DNA of 64,000 nucleotides, taken from NCBI RefSeq assembly GCF_000143415.4, contig NW_003314450.1, positions 1 to 64,000 on the forward strand. The letters are read 5' to 3'. Source of the stretch: Selaginella moellendorffii (taxonomy: Eukaryota > Plantae > Lycopodiophyta). Both the position numbers and the translations under genes were made by a program. This document shows, one piece after another, positions 1 through 12,120 of the stretch (positions are counted from its first letter, which is position 1; each line of letters opens with the position of its first letter). The notes beneath the pieces are model-generated. The model was not told where the DNA came from. It was given only the letters and a program-made list of their open reading frames with translations, and made no database searches.

Positions 1-106
1 GGAGAGATGGGATTAATGGGATCTTGATAGATGTACAGGTCAAGAGATTCTAGTTACAGGATCTCCGAAGCGAGGAGAGGAGAGCGCATTAGTTTCACAG
101 CCAACT

Positions 107-3100
107 GTGCAAGGAGTGAAGGATGAAGTTATTATTCTCTCCAGTGACGAAAATGAAGAAGATGAGCTTCCCGACATAGCTTCCCAGACAAGTAGGTGTG
201 TTCCTTCTGGACCAGTTTTTGAAGTGGTGGATAAGGCATTTCGGCAATCTCGATCATTACGGTTGGAATTGAAGGAGTTCCAGTACATGAGAGGTGAGGA
301 GCTTCCTTCTTCCTATAATGGGAATATATTTTTCGAGTTTCCACCAGCAAGTTTGTCAAGTAGGAAAAGGGGTATGGAAACACGTCTTGATCCACATAAT
401 TGGTGCAGAGTAAAGACGACCCACTTCTCTCATTTTGATGGATCTGTGTCCATAGTCCATTGCGGTGGACAGCTTCAGTGTGTCGCTGAGAAATGCATTT
501 CTGATCATGGCAAGAATATGTGTTTCTTTGAAGGCTCAGTGATCAATCCCCCTAGGCATGATGAAGTTGCTACAGGATTTAGATGTCGCAAATGCGGGGC
601 AACACCTGTGTGTCAAGCATGTTGCGATGCGAAAATGTATTATTTTCTTCCACGGGATGGATGTTTAAGCAGAGCAGCAGTGCATATTGGATACCATCAA
701 TACGCAATTGAGGAAGGAATCCGCCGTGATTCTTTTCGCAATTTGAAGACTGCTGTTACTATAGAGGCTAGGAAGAAAAGTGCAGCAACTCCAAAGTGTG
801 TTCAACAGTCTATACTAAAGGACTATGTGGTGGACATGTTGTTACAATCTGATAGCAAAAAAGAGTTCACGGAGAATAGCTTGAAGGACCTACTTCGAAA
901 TATAGAACCTATGACAAATTTAAACAGGTATAAAATTAACACTTAACTCTACTTTATCACTAATAACACTCTTTTTTTTTGTAGAATAAAGAACTGGATG
1001 CGAGAAGGGCAAGATGGAAAGCTTCAATTTGGATTGGATGGGATTTTGGAGCTAAAGAGAAAATGTCCCTATGAGTTTATTCATGGGAGCTTATTCGTTG
1101 GCCAAATGACTTCGAACAATCAATGCCCTTTCATCTTTAAGATGTCTACCCTTGGTCCTGCTTCTGGTGTGGACCTTGTACAACGAATGGATATGGATGG
1201 AGATGGGGATTTAGCTAATTCCTAGATCCATTTTGACCATATGGAACGAGTTTCAGGCTGGTCAACAATGGGAGCTCATGTTTATGATCACAAGTAAGTG
1301 GTTTTTCATTTTTTAAGGATCTATACCAATTTACATTATAACCATTCCTTTTATAGGTTGCAGTGCAATTTGACTATAGCTATAGCCGAATTCAAGGTTC
1401 AAGATTTTCAAGCACAAACCATCTTTTGGACATGTATGTCCGAGGTTGTTGAACAACGAACCGGGAAGAAACCCAACTTCCGTGGTTTCATGGCAGATGC
1501 AGCTGGTGCTAACTGGTTGGCTGTACGACAAGTATTCGGAGGTGATAAAAGTCAGCCATTACAAGGTAGAGAGAAGAGTTGTGAGTTTCATTGGGCAAAG
1601 AGCATCAATAAACATTGCCAATGCATCAAGTCTACCTTCCATCACGAGTTCAAGCAGCTTTGTCGGAAATGGATGGATGCACCAACTAAAGAGGAGCACG
1701 AGGCAAAGGCAAATGAAATGCACATATGGTGGCGTGAAGGAGACAAAGTGCCAATTGAAAACCTTCCACAAATGGAATGCTGGCTTGCATGGTGGGAAGT
1801 TCGAATGTTTCAATGGGGTCATTATACTCTCCATGTAAGCTTTCTCTCATTTTCTTTCTTGTCACATTCAAATGTTGCATTTTTTGTAGGATCAACCACT
1901 TGATGATATTGCACTTACACCAACAATTAATCTCTCTGAGAGCAAACATTGGAGTTGGAGAGCTTCCGAAGCAGGGAAAGGAAAAGTGTCCCTCTATGAA
2001 GCTACACTCTCCGACCTCACTAGATCTCTTGAGCAGTCATCAAAAGCTTTGGCTGCACAAGAAGCAAAGTTTGCTGGTACAGGTCCGAACTTAGATAGGC
2101 TTCAAGAGCGGGTTGGTAGAAGGACAACACCAGCAGCAGGGTCAATGTCTAAGATGGTGGAGGAAGTTGTTGCTGGAACTCCTATGAAATCAAGTTATGA
2201 GCCACTTGGGGACATGAGAACAGCCCGTATGAAGCGTCGACAGACATTTGATGGGTCAAACATCACTCCTTCTAACTCTCACCGTCCAGAGTTTGACTAC
2301 CATTCTGTTCCACGACACCGGAAAAGAACTAAGGAACATGGAGTGGAGGAGGTGCCAGTTGTTACACAAGTAAGTCCAGTGCCAAAGGTTGAAAAGGTTA
2401 TTTCTCGTGAGCCAGTTTCTCGTATCAACTGGGCAATTCGAAGAGTCAGTGCCAAGAGCAATGCACGTTGCTCTGGAATGATTGGGAGTTGAGGTCAGTG
2501 TCTCGCTTTTGTGCGCTCAGGTTCAAGTTCTTCAGCAGTGCCATGTTTCTGGGGTTGTCAAGATCTAGGAGTGAAGGGCCGCCAGTCAAGCTGGATCTAC
2601 TGTTGTGGGACTGATGTTACTCATACAAGCTGGATCCACAGCTCAATTATTTTGAAGCCAGATTCTGTGCTAGAGGAGTGGCCAGTTGAGCGAAGCTGCA
2701 ATCTTTTGAAAGAAGAGATTGAAAGTCTGGAGAGAGCAAGTTTCAAGCTAAAGACTTCCTCAAATGTTGCTGTTAGTACTGCTATGCCACCAATATCAAC
2801 ACTAGACCAGCATACACGACCAGCTAGGAATGGGAAGGCTGTACAATACAGGTCTTCCATTTCAAAAGGTGCACAAGAGAAGATCAAGCTGGCAAAAGAG
2901 CTAAAGTGCACAATCACAAAGACAAACTACATCAGTGCTATGGCTAAGGAGTTTATTATTGTGACTGAGTCATCAAAGGGTACGAGCTACACTGTTAAAA
3001 TCTGCGAAAATCCATCCTGTACCTGTCCAGATTTTACACAGCGGGAGAACAGGGGAAAGGTATATTTAGCCTGCAAGCACATCTATTACATTTTTATGCA

Positions 3101-3182
3101 GGAACTAAACCAAGATCTTAAGATCGACCATCACATCCACCAGGCAAGCCTTACAGTTGCGGAGCTTGAGAAGTGTTTTTAG
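107..3182 (+). pseudogene. Mutator-like (MULE) transposase pseudogene with GCM-like N-terminal Zn domain, DDE core and C-terminal SWIM finger
   Basis: Introns 928-984, 1294-1356 and 1835-1889 (all GT-AG) join ORFs 107, 998, 1298, 1986 and 2511 into one frame. MULE motifs: IHFDH, FMADAAGA..CEFHW, TINLSESKH. SWIM: YTVKICENPSCTCPDF..ACKH. In-frame stops at 1223-1225 (TAG, probably from TGG) and 2490-2492 (TGA, probably from CGA). The 5' end may lie upstream of the window. Confidence 0.85.
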
Positions 3183-3324
3183 ATTGCTTTTAGTGTTCTG
3201 ATCTATATTTATATTTGTATTTTATTAGTCAAATTTACTTGGAAATATAGATTAAATCAAAATTTGAAAAATGGAAAGATGTTGGTTCGGGACGAACCAA
3301 TGTTTTTCTTGTGTTTGAGAAGCC

Positions 3325-3383
3325 GTGAGCTCAGCTCATAAGCTCAGCTCGTGAGCTCATGAGCTCAAAACCTACCCGGGCTC
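3325..3383. repeat. Short GAGCTC/AGCTC repeat cluster, candidate right terminus of the MULE
   Basis: gtgagctcagctcataagctcagctcgtgagctcatgagctca lies between the transposase stop and an abrupt junction with LTR sequence at ~3384. Confidence 0.4.
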
Positions 3384-4762
3384 CTTTTCTATCCATGGTC
3401 ATGTTCACTAACACTACCACTAGGACAAGGCTCATGGGCTTGACCACTAAGTCCCACTGTCCTCTAAGACTTCCTCACCACATTACCATATCCTTAGTCA
3501 CTACACCAGAGGACCACTTCTCTTCCTTTCTATAGTCTGGGACTTTGGGACAACATTTTGGAACACTGTAGCCTTGCACAAGCCTCATGGGTACTCTCCC
3601 ACCTTTGGATGCTCTAACCATGGGCTTAGAGCGAGATTCCGTTGAGCTACGCTAGGTATCTAAGTAGGTAGTGCCACCCACATTTGGACTAGGAGCATAG
3701 ACCATTCAATCCCCCGAAGGAACTAAAGCCGGCTCTTGAACACTTCACCAAGCTACCGTACTTGTCAATCCGTATTCACTCTAGCCTTGGACTTCCCAAT
3801 GGTTATCTCATCACCCAACAGTTGGGTATGGCCTTCCTGGGCCAAACTGGCCTTTCCTGGCCAAACTGGCTCTATTGGGGTCCAACACCTACACTCTTCC
3901 TATTATACTTTTGGAACCCTCTGCAGTGCCCCCCCCTCCCCCCCCCAATCGAGTGGAATAGGGGACGATTGTTTTGGGCTTTCACCCACTACCCTATATT
4001 AGTATTCACACTCAAACTTGGACTTGGACTTGGTCTCGATCTCGATCTCAGTCTCGGTTTAGTCTCAGTCTCAGTTCGGTCTCGGTCTCAGTCTCGGTCT
4101 CAGTTCCATCTTGGACTCCATCTTGGGTCCATCTTGGACTCCATCTCGAGTCCATATTAGACTCTATCTCAAGTCCATCTCAGACTCCATCTCGGGTCCA
4201 TCTTGGGTCCATCTCGAACTCTGTCTTGGGTCCATCTTGGACTCTATCTCAGACTCTATCACAGGTCCATCTCAGACTCCATCTCAGGTCCATCTTGAAC
4301 TCCATCTTGGGTCCATCTCGGACTCCATCTCGGGTCCATCTTGGGTCCATTTCAGACTCTATCTTGGGTCCATCTCAAACTCTATCTCAAACTCCATCTT
4401 GGATCCATCTCGGACTCCATCTTAGACTCCATCTTGGACTTCATCTTGGGTCCATCTTGGGTCTATCTCAGACTCCATCTCAAGTCCATCTCAAACTTCA
4501 TTTCGGACTCCATCTCGGGTCTATTTTGGACATTTCCATGTGTCATATGTTGGTCCTCTTGTGTCCTTTTTCTAGAGACTCATTTATTACTCGCTTCGTG
4601 CTTATTCCTTGAGTGCTTCATTGGGAGTTCCACTCCCACTCTTAACTTTTCAAGTCGAAGCTTTTAGTCCAAATGTGTTACGCTTGTTTAGCTTTCGCTT
4701 TGGCCACTACCACGTAGCACCCTTTTGACTCCACTTTAGGGCTTAAGGATTTGTGTCTCACA
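3384..4762 (-). mobile_element. Truncated LTR of family A (reverse orientation)
   Basis: Reverse complement of ~12121-13390, including the GAGTCC/GAGATGGAGTCC satellite. Ends exactly at the LTR terminus (..gtgtctcaca, 4762). Confidence 0.85.
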
Positions 4763-5015
4763 CACCGATGTGATAAAGGTGAATATGTATGGCCTTAGTG
4801 TAATAAGCTGATATGTTAGTGGTACCTTCAAATGTCAATTATGGGATCAGATATGTGGAGCACTTGGACCAAGTACAAAAGTTGAGTGGCATGGTTGAGG
4901 TTAGCAAGTCCCTAAGTCTAAAATAGGACTTATGGAGGTTTTGAGTAAAACTCTTTTAAGTGGTCAAAGGTGTGGTTAAGTGACTAAAGTAGAATGAAAA
5001 ATTTAGTCGCTTACA
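4763..5015 (+). mobile_element. 3' end of an older family-A LTR (forward orientation)
   Basis: Aligns with ~13545-13804 and ends in the LTR terminus ttagtcgcttaca. Confidence 0.8.
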
Positions 5016-5331
5016 TCCAGCGGGTGTTAAACTAGTTTTGAGATACCATACTGAAGGAGTCACCAACGGGGTTATGCACCGCACAACCGATTGAACATAA
5101 CATCAAGCTAATCGAGGGTGCTAATGTAGTGGTTCATACCCCTATCAGTTAAATGAATTGGAACTTGACGAGTTGGTGGATAAAAAGTATGTTACGTTGG
5201 GGCAAATCACCATATAGGGCACTAGTGTTGTTTGTGAAAAAGAAAGGTGGCTCCAAATATTTTGTTTTATAAGGCACAATGATTGGCATCTCTTGTTTTT
5301 TTTATTTTCTATTTTGATTTCTTTTGTCCAG

Positions 5332-5664
5332 GTCTGTAATAAAAAGCAGGTTGCAGCCAACATTATTGAAGACATCACATTGTTTATAAAGGAGACTTAT
5401 CCATCCAATGAGTCTAGAACTATTTACTATTTCTCATGTAAAGAGTGTGAGCAGGTACTTGGCTTTATGATTTCAAATAAGAATTGTGTGCCCTACATCA
5501 AACAAGTCACTGATGGCTTGTGGAAGTGTCAAACATCTGCTGCTCATTATCATGCAGACTACCATTCAACAAATATACAAAGAAGAACAAGTACCTTTTA
5601 CCGAGTATTGAGGACCTATTTGATAGATTGGGAAAGGCAAAATATTTTTCGAGAATTAACCTAA
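5332..5664 (+). pseudogene. Exon-like remnant of an unidentified Cys/His protein
   Basis: Pyrimidine-rich acceptor (ttttgtccag at 5331) followed by an open frame containing YYFSCKECEQVLGF. Upstream sequence has stops. Confidence 0.3.
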
Positions 5665-5689
5665 GGTCAGGATATTACTAAATCAAGGT

Positions 5690-7525
5690 AACAAAGGAAG
5701 ATGTCAAATAAATGCTTCTTAGGCATGTGGTGGGCAAGGATGGGCTCAAGGTGGACCTTGAGAAAGTCCAAGCAATCCAGGAATAGGAACAACTATCAAA
5801 TATATATGAGTTAAGAATGTTCTTGGGGTTATACAACTATTACTGAAAGTTTATCAAACACTATTCAAGAGTAACCTTGCCTTTAACAGACCAAACGGGA
5901 AAAGGGAAAATGGTATAAATAGTAGAATGTGAGGTGATATTTGTCCACCTCAAAGGGAGGTTGAGGAAAACTTCTATGTTGGCATTACTAAACTTTAGTA
6001 AAGACTTTAAGATAGAAATAGACACTTCAAATTTTGTGTTGGGTGCAGTTTTGAAGCAAGACAACCACCTAGTGGCATTCTTCTCGAAGAAGTAAACAAA
6101 TCTCAACGAAAGTGGCCTACTCATGAAAAGAAATTGTTTATGGTGGTCAAGGCATTTAAGGAGTGGCAACACCACTTTGGGAGGCACTTCAAATTTACAT
6201 GGATAATGTGCCAATGAAACACTTCTTGTTGTAACTTGATTTGTGAGGAAAATAAAGTCAATAGGCCAATACTTTGGCCAAGTTTGATTGTGAGATTTTG
6301 TATAAACTTAGGAAGAGCAATATCGTGGCAAATGCTCTAAGTCGAAAAACAAGTTTAAAGTTGACAATATTTAACATGACCACAACCTTTTAGGATGATG
6401 TATAAATAGCATATAAGGACGATGGTCTAGCATAAGAAGTGTTGCTAGGAAACCAAGAGGTGTAGGATGCTCACTAGAGAGGCAAGCTGCTTACAGAAGA
6501 AAAATAGGTTATGTAGAACACAATGAACTTATTTATTATAAGCAGATGAAAGTGTATATCCACAAAAGGAATTAAGGAAGGTGGCCTTAGAAAAGTGTCA
6601 TAATGGACTTCTTGCAAAACACGACAAAGTGCCTAAGATGATGGGTTTACTCAAAAGAAAGTATCACTAGCTAAACATAGCTAAAGATGTCCAAGACTAT
6701 GTGAAGACATGTCTAACATATCAACAGGGCAAAGTTGTGATTAAGGCTAGTGGGGGTTTGCTACAAAACCTCCCAATTCCAGATCATCCATAGAAATGTC
6801 TTACGATAAACTTCATCATAGGATCCCCCCCTCCCCCCCAAGTGAGGGGTTTGATGCAATATTCATGGTGGTGGATTTGCTTTTGAAAATGGCATATTTC
6901 ATACCCACCACAACAGAAGTGGATGTAGAAGGCGTGGCAAAGTTATTCTTCAAATAAATGGTTTAAGTGTGGGGAAGGCTGGAAAAAATTACTTCAAATC
7001 GGTATAAGATCCTCACTAGTAAAACTCTCTTGTAGCAGTATTGCACCAAGTTGAAATTTAGCACAACTTGTCACCCATAGACAAGTATTGGGTATTAAGT
7101 CAAGTTGATGGCAATGACACTTCTTGACAGATGGACAAACAGAAAAGGTGAATAAGCAGTTGCAAGATTATTTGTGATGCTATGTTTCCAAAGACCAAAT
7201 TGATTGGGTAAGTCATTTGGGACTTGCAAAAATATATTATAACAACTCACCACATTTGAGTATTGGGGTGAGTCTATAGGAAGTCATCAATGGGTGAGCT
7301 ATTAAAGGTCTTATGGAACTCAGTGTGGCTGAGTATTATAAAGAGTTACTTGTAGTGGAGGCGTTCACAATGGAAAGACTCAACACGATGGAACAAACTC
7401 AACAAAAGCAAACCAAATATGTAAACTAGAAGTGCCAAGACATAAAGTTCCAACCTGGGAAGAACGTGTGGCTAAACACCAAGAACTTAAAGTTACCAAG
7501 TGGGATTAGCAGAAAGTTGACCCAA
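5690..7525 (+). mobile_element. Decayed Ty3/gypsy pol fragment (RT C-terminus, RNase H, integrase)
   Basis: Motifs across frames: FLGHVVGKDGLKVDLEKVQAI, IEIDTSNFVLGAVLKQ, GLLQNLPIP, DAIFMVVD, HP(Q)T..DGQTE, VWLNTKNL..RKL. Many stops and frameshifts. Confidence 0.88.
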
Positions 7526-10500
7526 AGTTACTTAACCACACTATCGACCACTTGGAGGAGTTTTACTCACGACTTTTATAAGTCTTATTCCGGACTTAGG
7601 GACTTGCTAGCCCCGAGAATGGCATCCATGCTATTCAACCTTTGCACTCGGTCCAAATGCTTTATGTGTCCAATCCTATGACTGACACCCAAAGGTACCA
7701 CTGGCATTTTAGCCTGTTACACTAAGGCCATACCTAATCACCTTTGTCACACCAATGATCCAACACCACTTATATTATAGTCTTGTATCTTAAAGACTAA
7801 GTTATCCATCCATGAGTGATCATCCTAGATCCACTCCTTAACATCCTTAGGATGCCCACAAACATGGGGAACAGCCTTCCCCAGTATCCTTTTTTCGATC
7901 CCCACAAAGTCCCTTTCAATCCAGGGTCGTGTTTACCAATATTGCCATTGGGTCAAGGCTCATAGGCCCGACCACTATGTCCCATTAACCTTTGGAACTT
8001 CCTCACCATGTGACCATAGCTTTGGTCTCTACACCAAAGGCTTGCTCCTCTTCCTTTCTACAGTCCGAGACTTTGAGACAACATTTCAAAACATCATAGC
8101 CCTACACGAGCCTCATGGGTACTTTCCCCACCTTCCACTTTTGGGTGCCCTAGCCATGTGGCTAGAGTGAGGTTTTAATGAGCCATGCTAAGTATCCAAG
8201 TAGGTAGTGCCACCCATACTTAGATTGGGAGCATCGAACTTTCAATCTCTCAAGGGAGGTAAAGCTAGTTTTTGAACACTTCACCAAGCTACCCCATTTA
8301 TCTATCCATATTCACTCTAGCCTGATACTCCTCAATGGATATATCATCACCCAATACATGGGTATAGCCTTCCTAAGTCATACTAACCTTTCCTAGCCAA
8401 ACTGGTTCCACTAGAGTCCAACCCCCACACTCTCCCGATTATACTTTTGGAACCCTTTGTAGTTCCCCCACCCCTTGGGGGACAATCACTTTAGGCTTTC
8501 ACCCCACAACCTGTATTAGTATTCAGTCTCAAACTAAAACTCAGACTAAAACTCAAACTCGTACTTTGACTCAGTCTCAGTCTTGGTCTCGAACTCAAAC
8601 TCGGACTCGTACTTTGACTCAGTCTCAGTCTTGGTCTCGGACTCAGAATCAGACTTGTACTCGGTCTCGATCTCAGTCTCAAACTCAGACTCGGTCTCAA
8701 ACTCGGACTCGGTCTCAAACTCAGACTCGGTCTTGGACTTGATCGTGGTCTTGGACTCAGACTCAATCTCGATCTTGGTCTCAGTTTCGGTCTCAGTCTT
8801 GGTCTTGGTCTCGGTTTCTATCTGGATCCATCTTGGACTCCATCTCGGACTCCATCTTGGGTCCACCTCAAACTCCATCTCAACACTTCCACATATTATC
8901 TGTTAGTCCTCTTGTGTCCCTTTTCTAGAAACTCACTTGTTGCTTGTTTCGTGCTCATTCCTCAAGCATTCTGTTGGGAGTTCCACTCCCATGCTCTATT
9001 TTTCATGTCGAAACACACTCATTTGGTTTTTGCTTCAGCCACTACCATGTGGCACCCTTTCAAATCCCCACTTTGGGGCTTAGGGATTTGTGTTTCACAA
9101 TTCCACCACCCATAGACGAAGTTCAATGTCCTCATTGAACGATAAATTATTTTATAAAGTAACCGTATCATAGATCATCCTCTCTTTTATTTCATGCCAC
9201 TATTGGCACTAAGTTCCATTTATCCATAATTCGTGCTAGAGTTATTTATCGCCCTCTCATTTGGCTACTTTACCATTTCATCTCTTTTAGAGCTTTTACT
9301 TTCACCAAATTGAAGTATTTAAGAATTTATCCTTGGAAATATATGTCATTTCCCACAATTTGTTAACATCTAACATAGCCTAACTTTGTCATTTAAATTC
9401 CTTTTAATGATTTCCAAAGCCTAATCTTGGTTATTAATCTTTTGCTCATATCCTGATTGTTGCATCATGCAATATAAGATCACTACCTCTATCCTTGATA
9501 TATCCTTTTGGTTTTATAACAAAAGCTCTACTTTGCAAAGTCCATAAGGTGTTCACCCCTAATAGGTTTCTTTAACATTTTCTACTATGCACTCTATCTA
9601 TAGCCCAATCTTATAACTCACCTATGAGTCCTTTTCTTAGAGATTGTTTTTTTAGACTCATAATACCACTGCATTGTTGCAATTCATTTCCTTTAGGTGT
9701 CTTTCCCATTTTGTCGCTTTGACCAAGCCACACCATTACTAATAGTTTAAATCAACATTTTGAACTAGAAACTTTACAAGGACTTTGTTTTTGTTTAACC
9801 ATAAGATCACTTAGTGATCTAACCTTGACACCTTAACAAATTTGCTAATAGATACTAAATCTTCCAAACTTTTAACTTGTTGACCATGACCCAGGGGGAC
9901 CCTGGGGCCATCCCCCACACTTGGCAGTGCACCCAAGCCACCCTTTTCTGCCAAAGGTCTGTAGCAACTAAGACTAAGTGTCCCATCTCATTCACCACTT
10001 GCACCAAAGTATTCAAGTTAGATATGTCGAACTTTCACCCTACGCAATCTAACCATGCATCATGACTCTGGGGCATCCCCCACTTGGCGGTGTGCCCAAG
10101 CCAATCTCCTTATCGAGAGTTTATGACCACCGAAAAATGAATGTCCTCATATTCTAAACTATCACCATGCTTTAGTGAGTTGGGACCCAAACCCAAGCAC
10201 TAGAGGGTTGGGACTCAAACCCAACCTCCATATAGAAGTGATTGAAGCAAGGAAAAGGGATGTCACTAACATCACTAGTCCTCCATTTGCTTCGCCGAAG
10301 TGCCTATGGCAAAGGACAAGCTTGTTTTCTCCTCTTTTCTCTCCCTTGGCTTGGTTTTTGCTCTTTTTCTTGATTCAACTTCACGGCTGGCATCTAGAGA
10401 GCGGCGAGCAATGGCACTTCAATCAAATCTGGGATCTAGGAGATCTAGACGATCCTAGCTCGTACCCTGGAGTTAGGGTTCTTGGTATTCTAGGGCTAGG

Positions 10501-12120
10501 GTTCCTTGGCAGCTAGTGCTTCTAGGGGGTCGTTGCGATCTTAGGAGGCTCTTAAAGCATCTCAATAGTGGACAGATAGTTGCAAAAGCTTTAGAAATGG
10601 AGTTCTTTGCCAAAATCTATGTGATCTTCCTTGTCTTGATGCGAGATGGAGACGGTAGTGGTCAAGGATTGGTGGAGCTAGATGTCACTTTAGGGGTGAC
10701 TTGGAGTAGTTAGGACTTGAAAAAGTTCCCAACTTTCTGGATTCTCTTTGGAAGACCATGCACGGTATTTCACTTTGAGGATGATTGGGAAGAGAGGATT
10801 TTTGGATCCAATGGCAAGGATTGCTGCCACAATTGGGGCTAGTGGCCAATGGGGTAATTTCGGTGCTACACGTGTAGGGAATCTATACATCTCTTCTCCA
10901 AGGCCTGCTTTGGAATTCGCTCCCTTAGGAGGAGGTTCGTGCCTTTTCTCTAGTCCCTATTGCAAAGCTAGGACTCATTCAAAGATGAGCTAGCACACTT
11001 GTCTCGTGTGGGAGGCAAGGTAGCACACACTAGCCTTGAGTTGAAGGACGTTCACACCTTGCATAGAGCTATGAGTTGGAGCTTCGTCCTAATTGGACAC
11101 TGTTTTGGCACCATAAGCATGTTGGTGGTGGAGCACTCCATGGCAAGTCTCACAAGTCATGGAGCGTAGTAGGTGGCTTCAAGTTTCACGGTGGAGTCAC
11201 TTGGGAGGCAGATGGCCCAAGAGCAGCACTAGGCATTCGTGCTCCTGGTTTCGCTAGTTTCTTTGAGAGTGCACTCTTAATGTTGTTTTAATCCAATGTA
11301 CATATACATTTATCAAACCCAACTTCCGTATATGTATCTACAGACGGCATCACCAAGAATGCCTAGCATGGCTCCCCATGCCAGTGCACTAACTTATACC
11401 CAAAGTGCACTACGGATCACAACTTAGGAACTTAGTTCCTCCCAACTGCCAAGTCCTCTCACTTAACAAGTTTGTGATCATATATAAACTCCTCCATGTT
11501 TAGCCCCATAGGCCACCGCTTTTGAAATTAACACCTTCAACTAGGGTCTTTGTTCCTTTGGCTTGCCAATCTCACTTAGCAAGTCATTTGACTAGCGTAA
11601 TATGGTTGTATGCATAAATGTATAAGTCCTCAACTATTGATTTTTTTTCAAAGCCATCTCTTTGAACACTCAAGAATTACTTCCCCAATCTTGATAGTCT
11701 TGCCTTATGGCAAATTTTAAAACTATACTTCTACTATACCACTCTAATTTCATGCATTTTATAAATCATTTACACTTATCTTTCTAGGTACTAACCTACC
11801 TAGAAGTTTTTTTAGGAAATTTGAAGTGACTCTGTCTCTTAGCTTGCTAAGGCTTTTCCTTTTGCAAGCCTTTTAATTGCCATATAGTCTAACATAGACA
11901 ATTCCACATCTTAAACTCTCCATGGCATCATGATTATCAATAGCAACACTTTTGAGCACCCACTTAATTCTCCACTTATAACTTGCATAACTACTCTTGG
12001 TTATGCCCTTCAGTTGTTGTAGTTTAGTTTTATCCCTTTACTATTTGCTTTTGGCCTCACACATTTCCTTCAGTTATCCTCCTCCAGACTAGGAGGATAA
12101 CTTTGCACTTTCTACCATAC
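7526..12120 (-). mobile_element. Older copy of family-A LTR element (3' LTR 7526-9099 plus internal region), reverse orientation
   Basis: 7526-9099 is the reverse complement of the LTR, lacking ~30 bp at its end. 9100-12120 is the reverse complement of ~15555-17943, with a ~460 bp segment missing and a ~1.1 kb insert. Interrupted at 12120/12121 by the younger copy. Confidence 0.85.
10235..11312. mobile_element. ~1.08 kb insertion flanked by a 20-bp direct duplication
   Basis: tcaaacccaacctccatata (10215-10234) and tcaaacccaacttccgtata (11313-11332). The younger copy has only one copy of this sequence and no insert. Confidence 0.7.
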
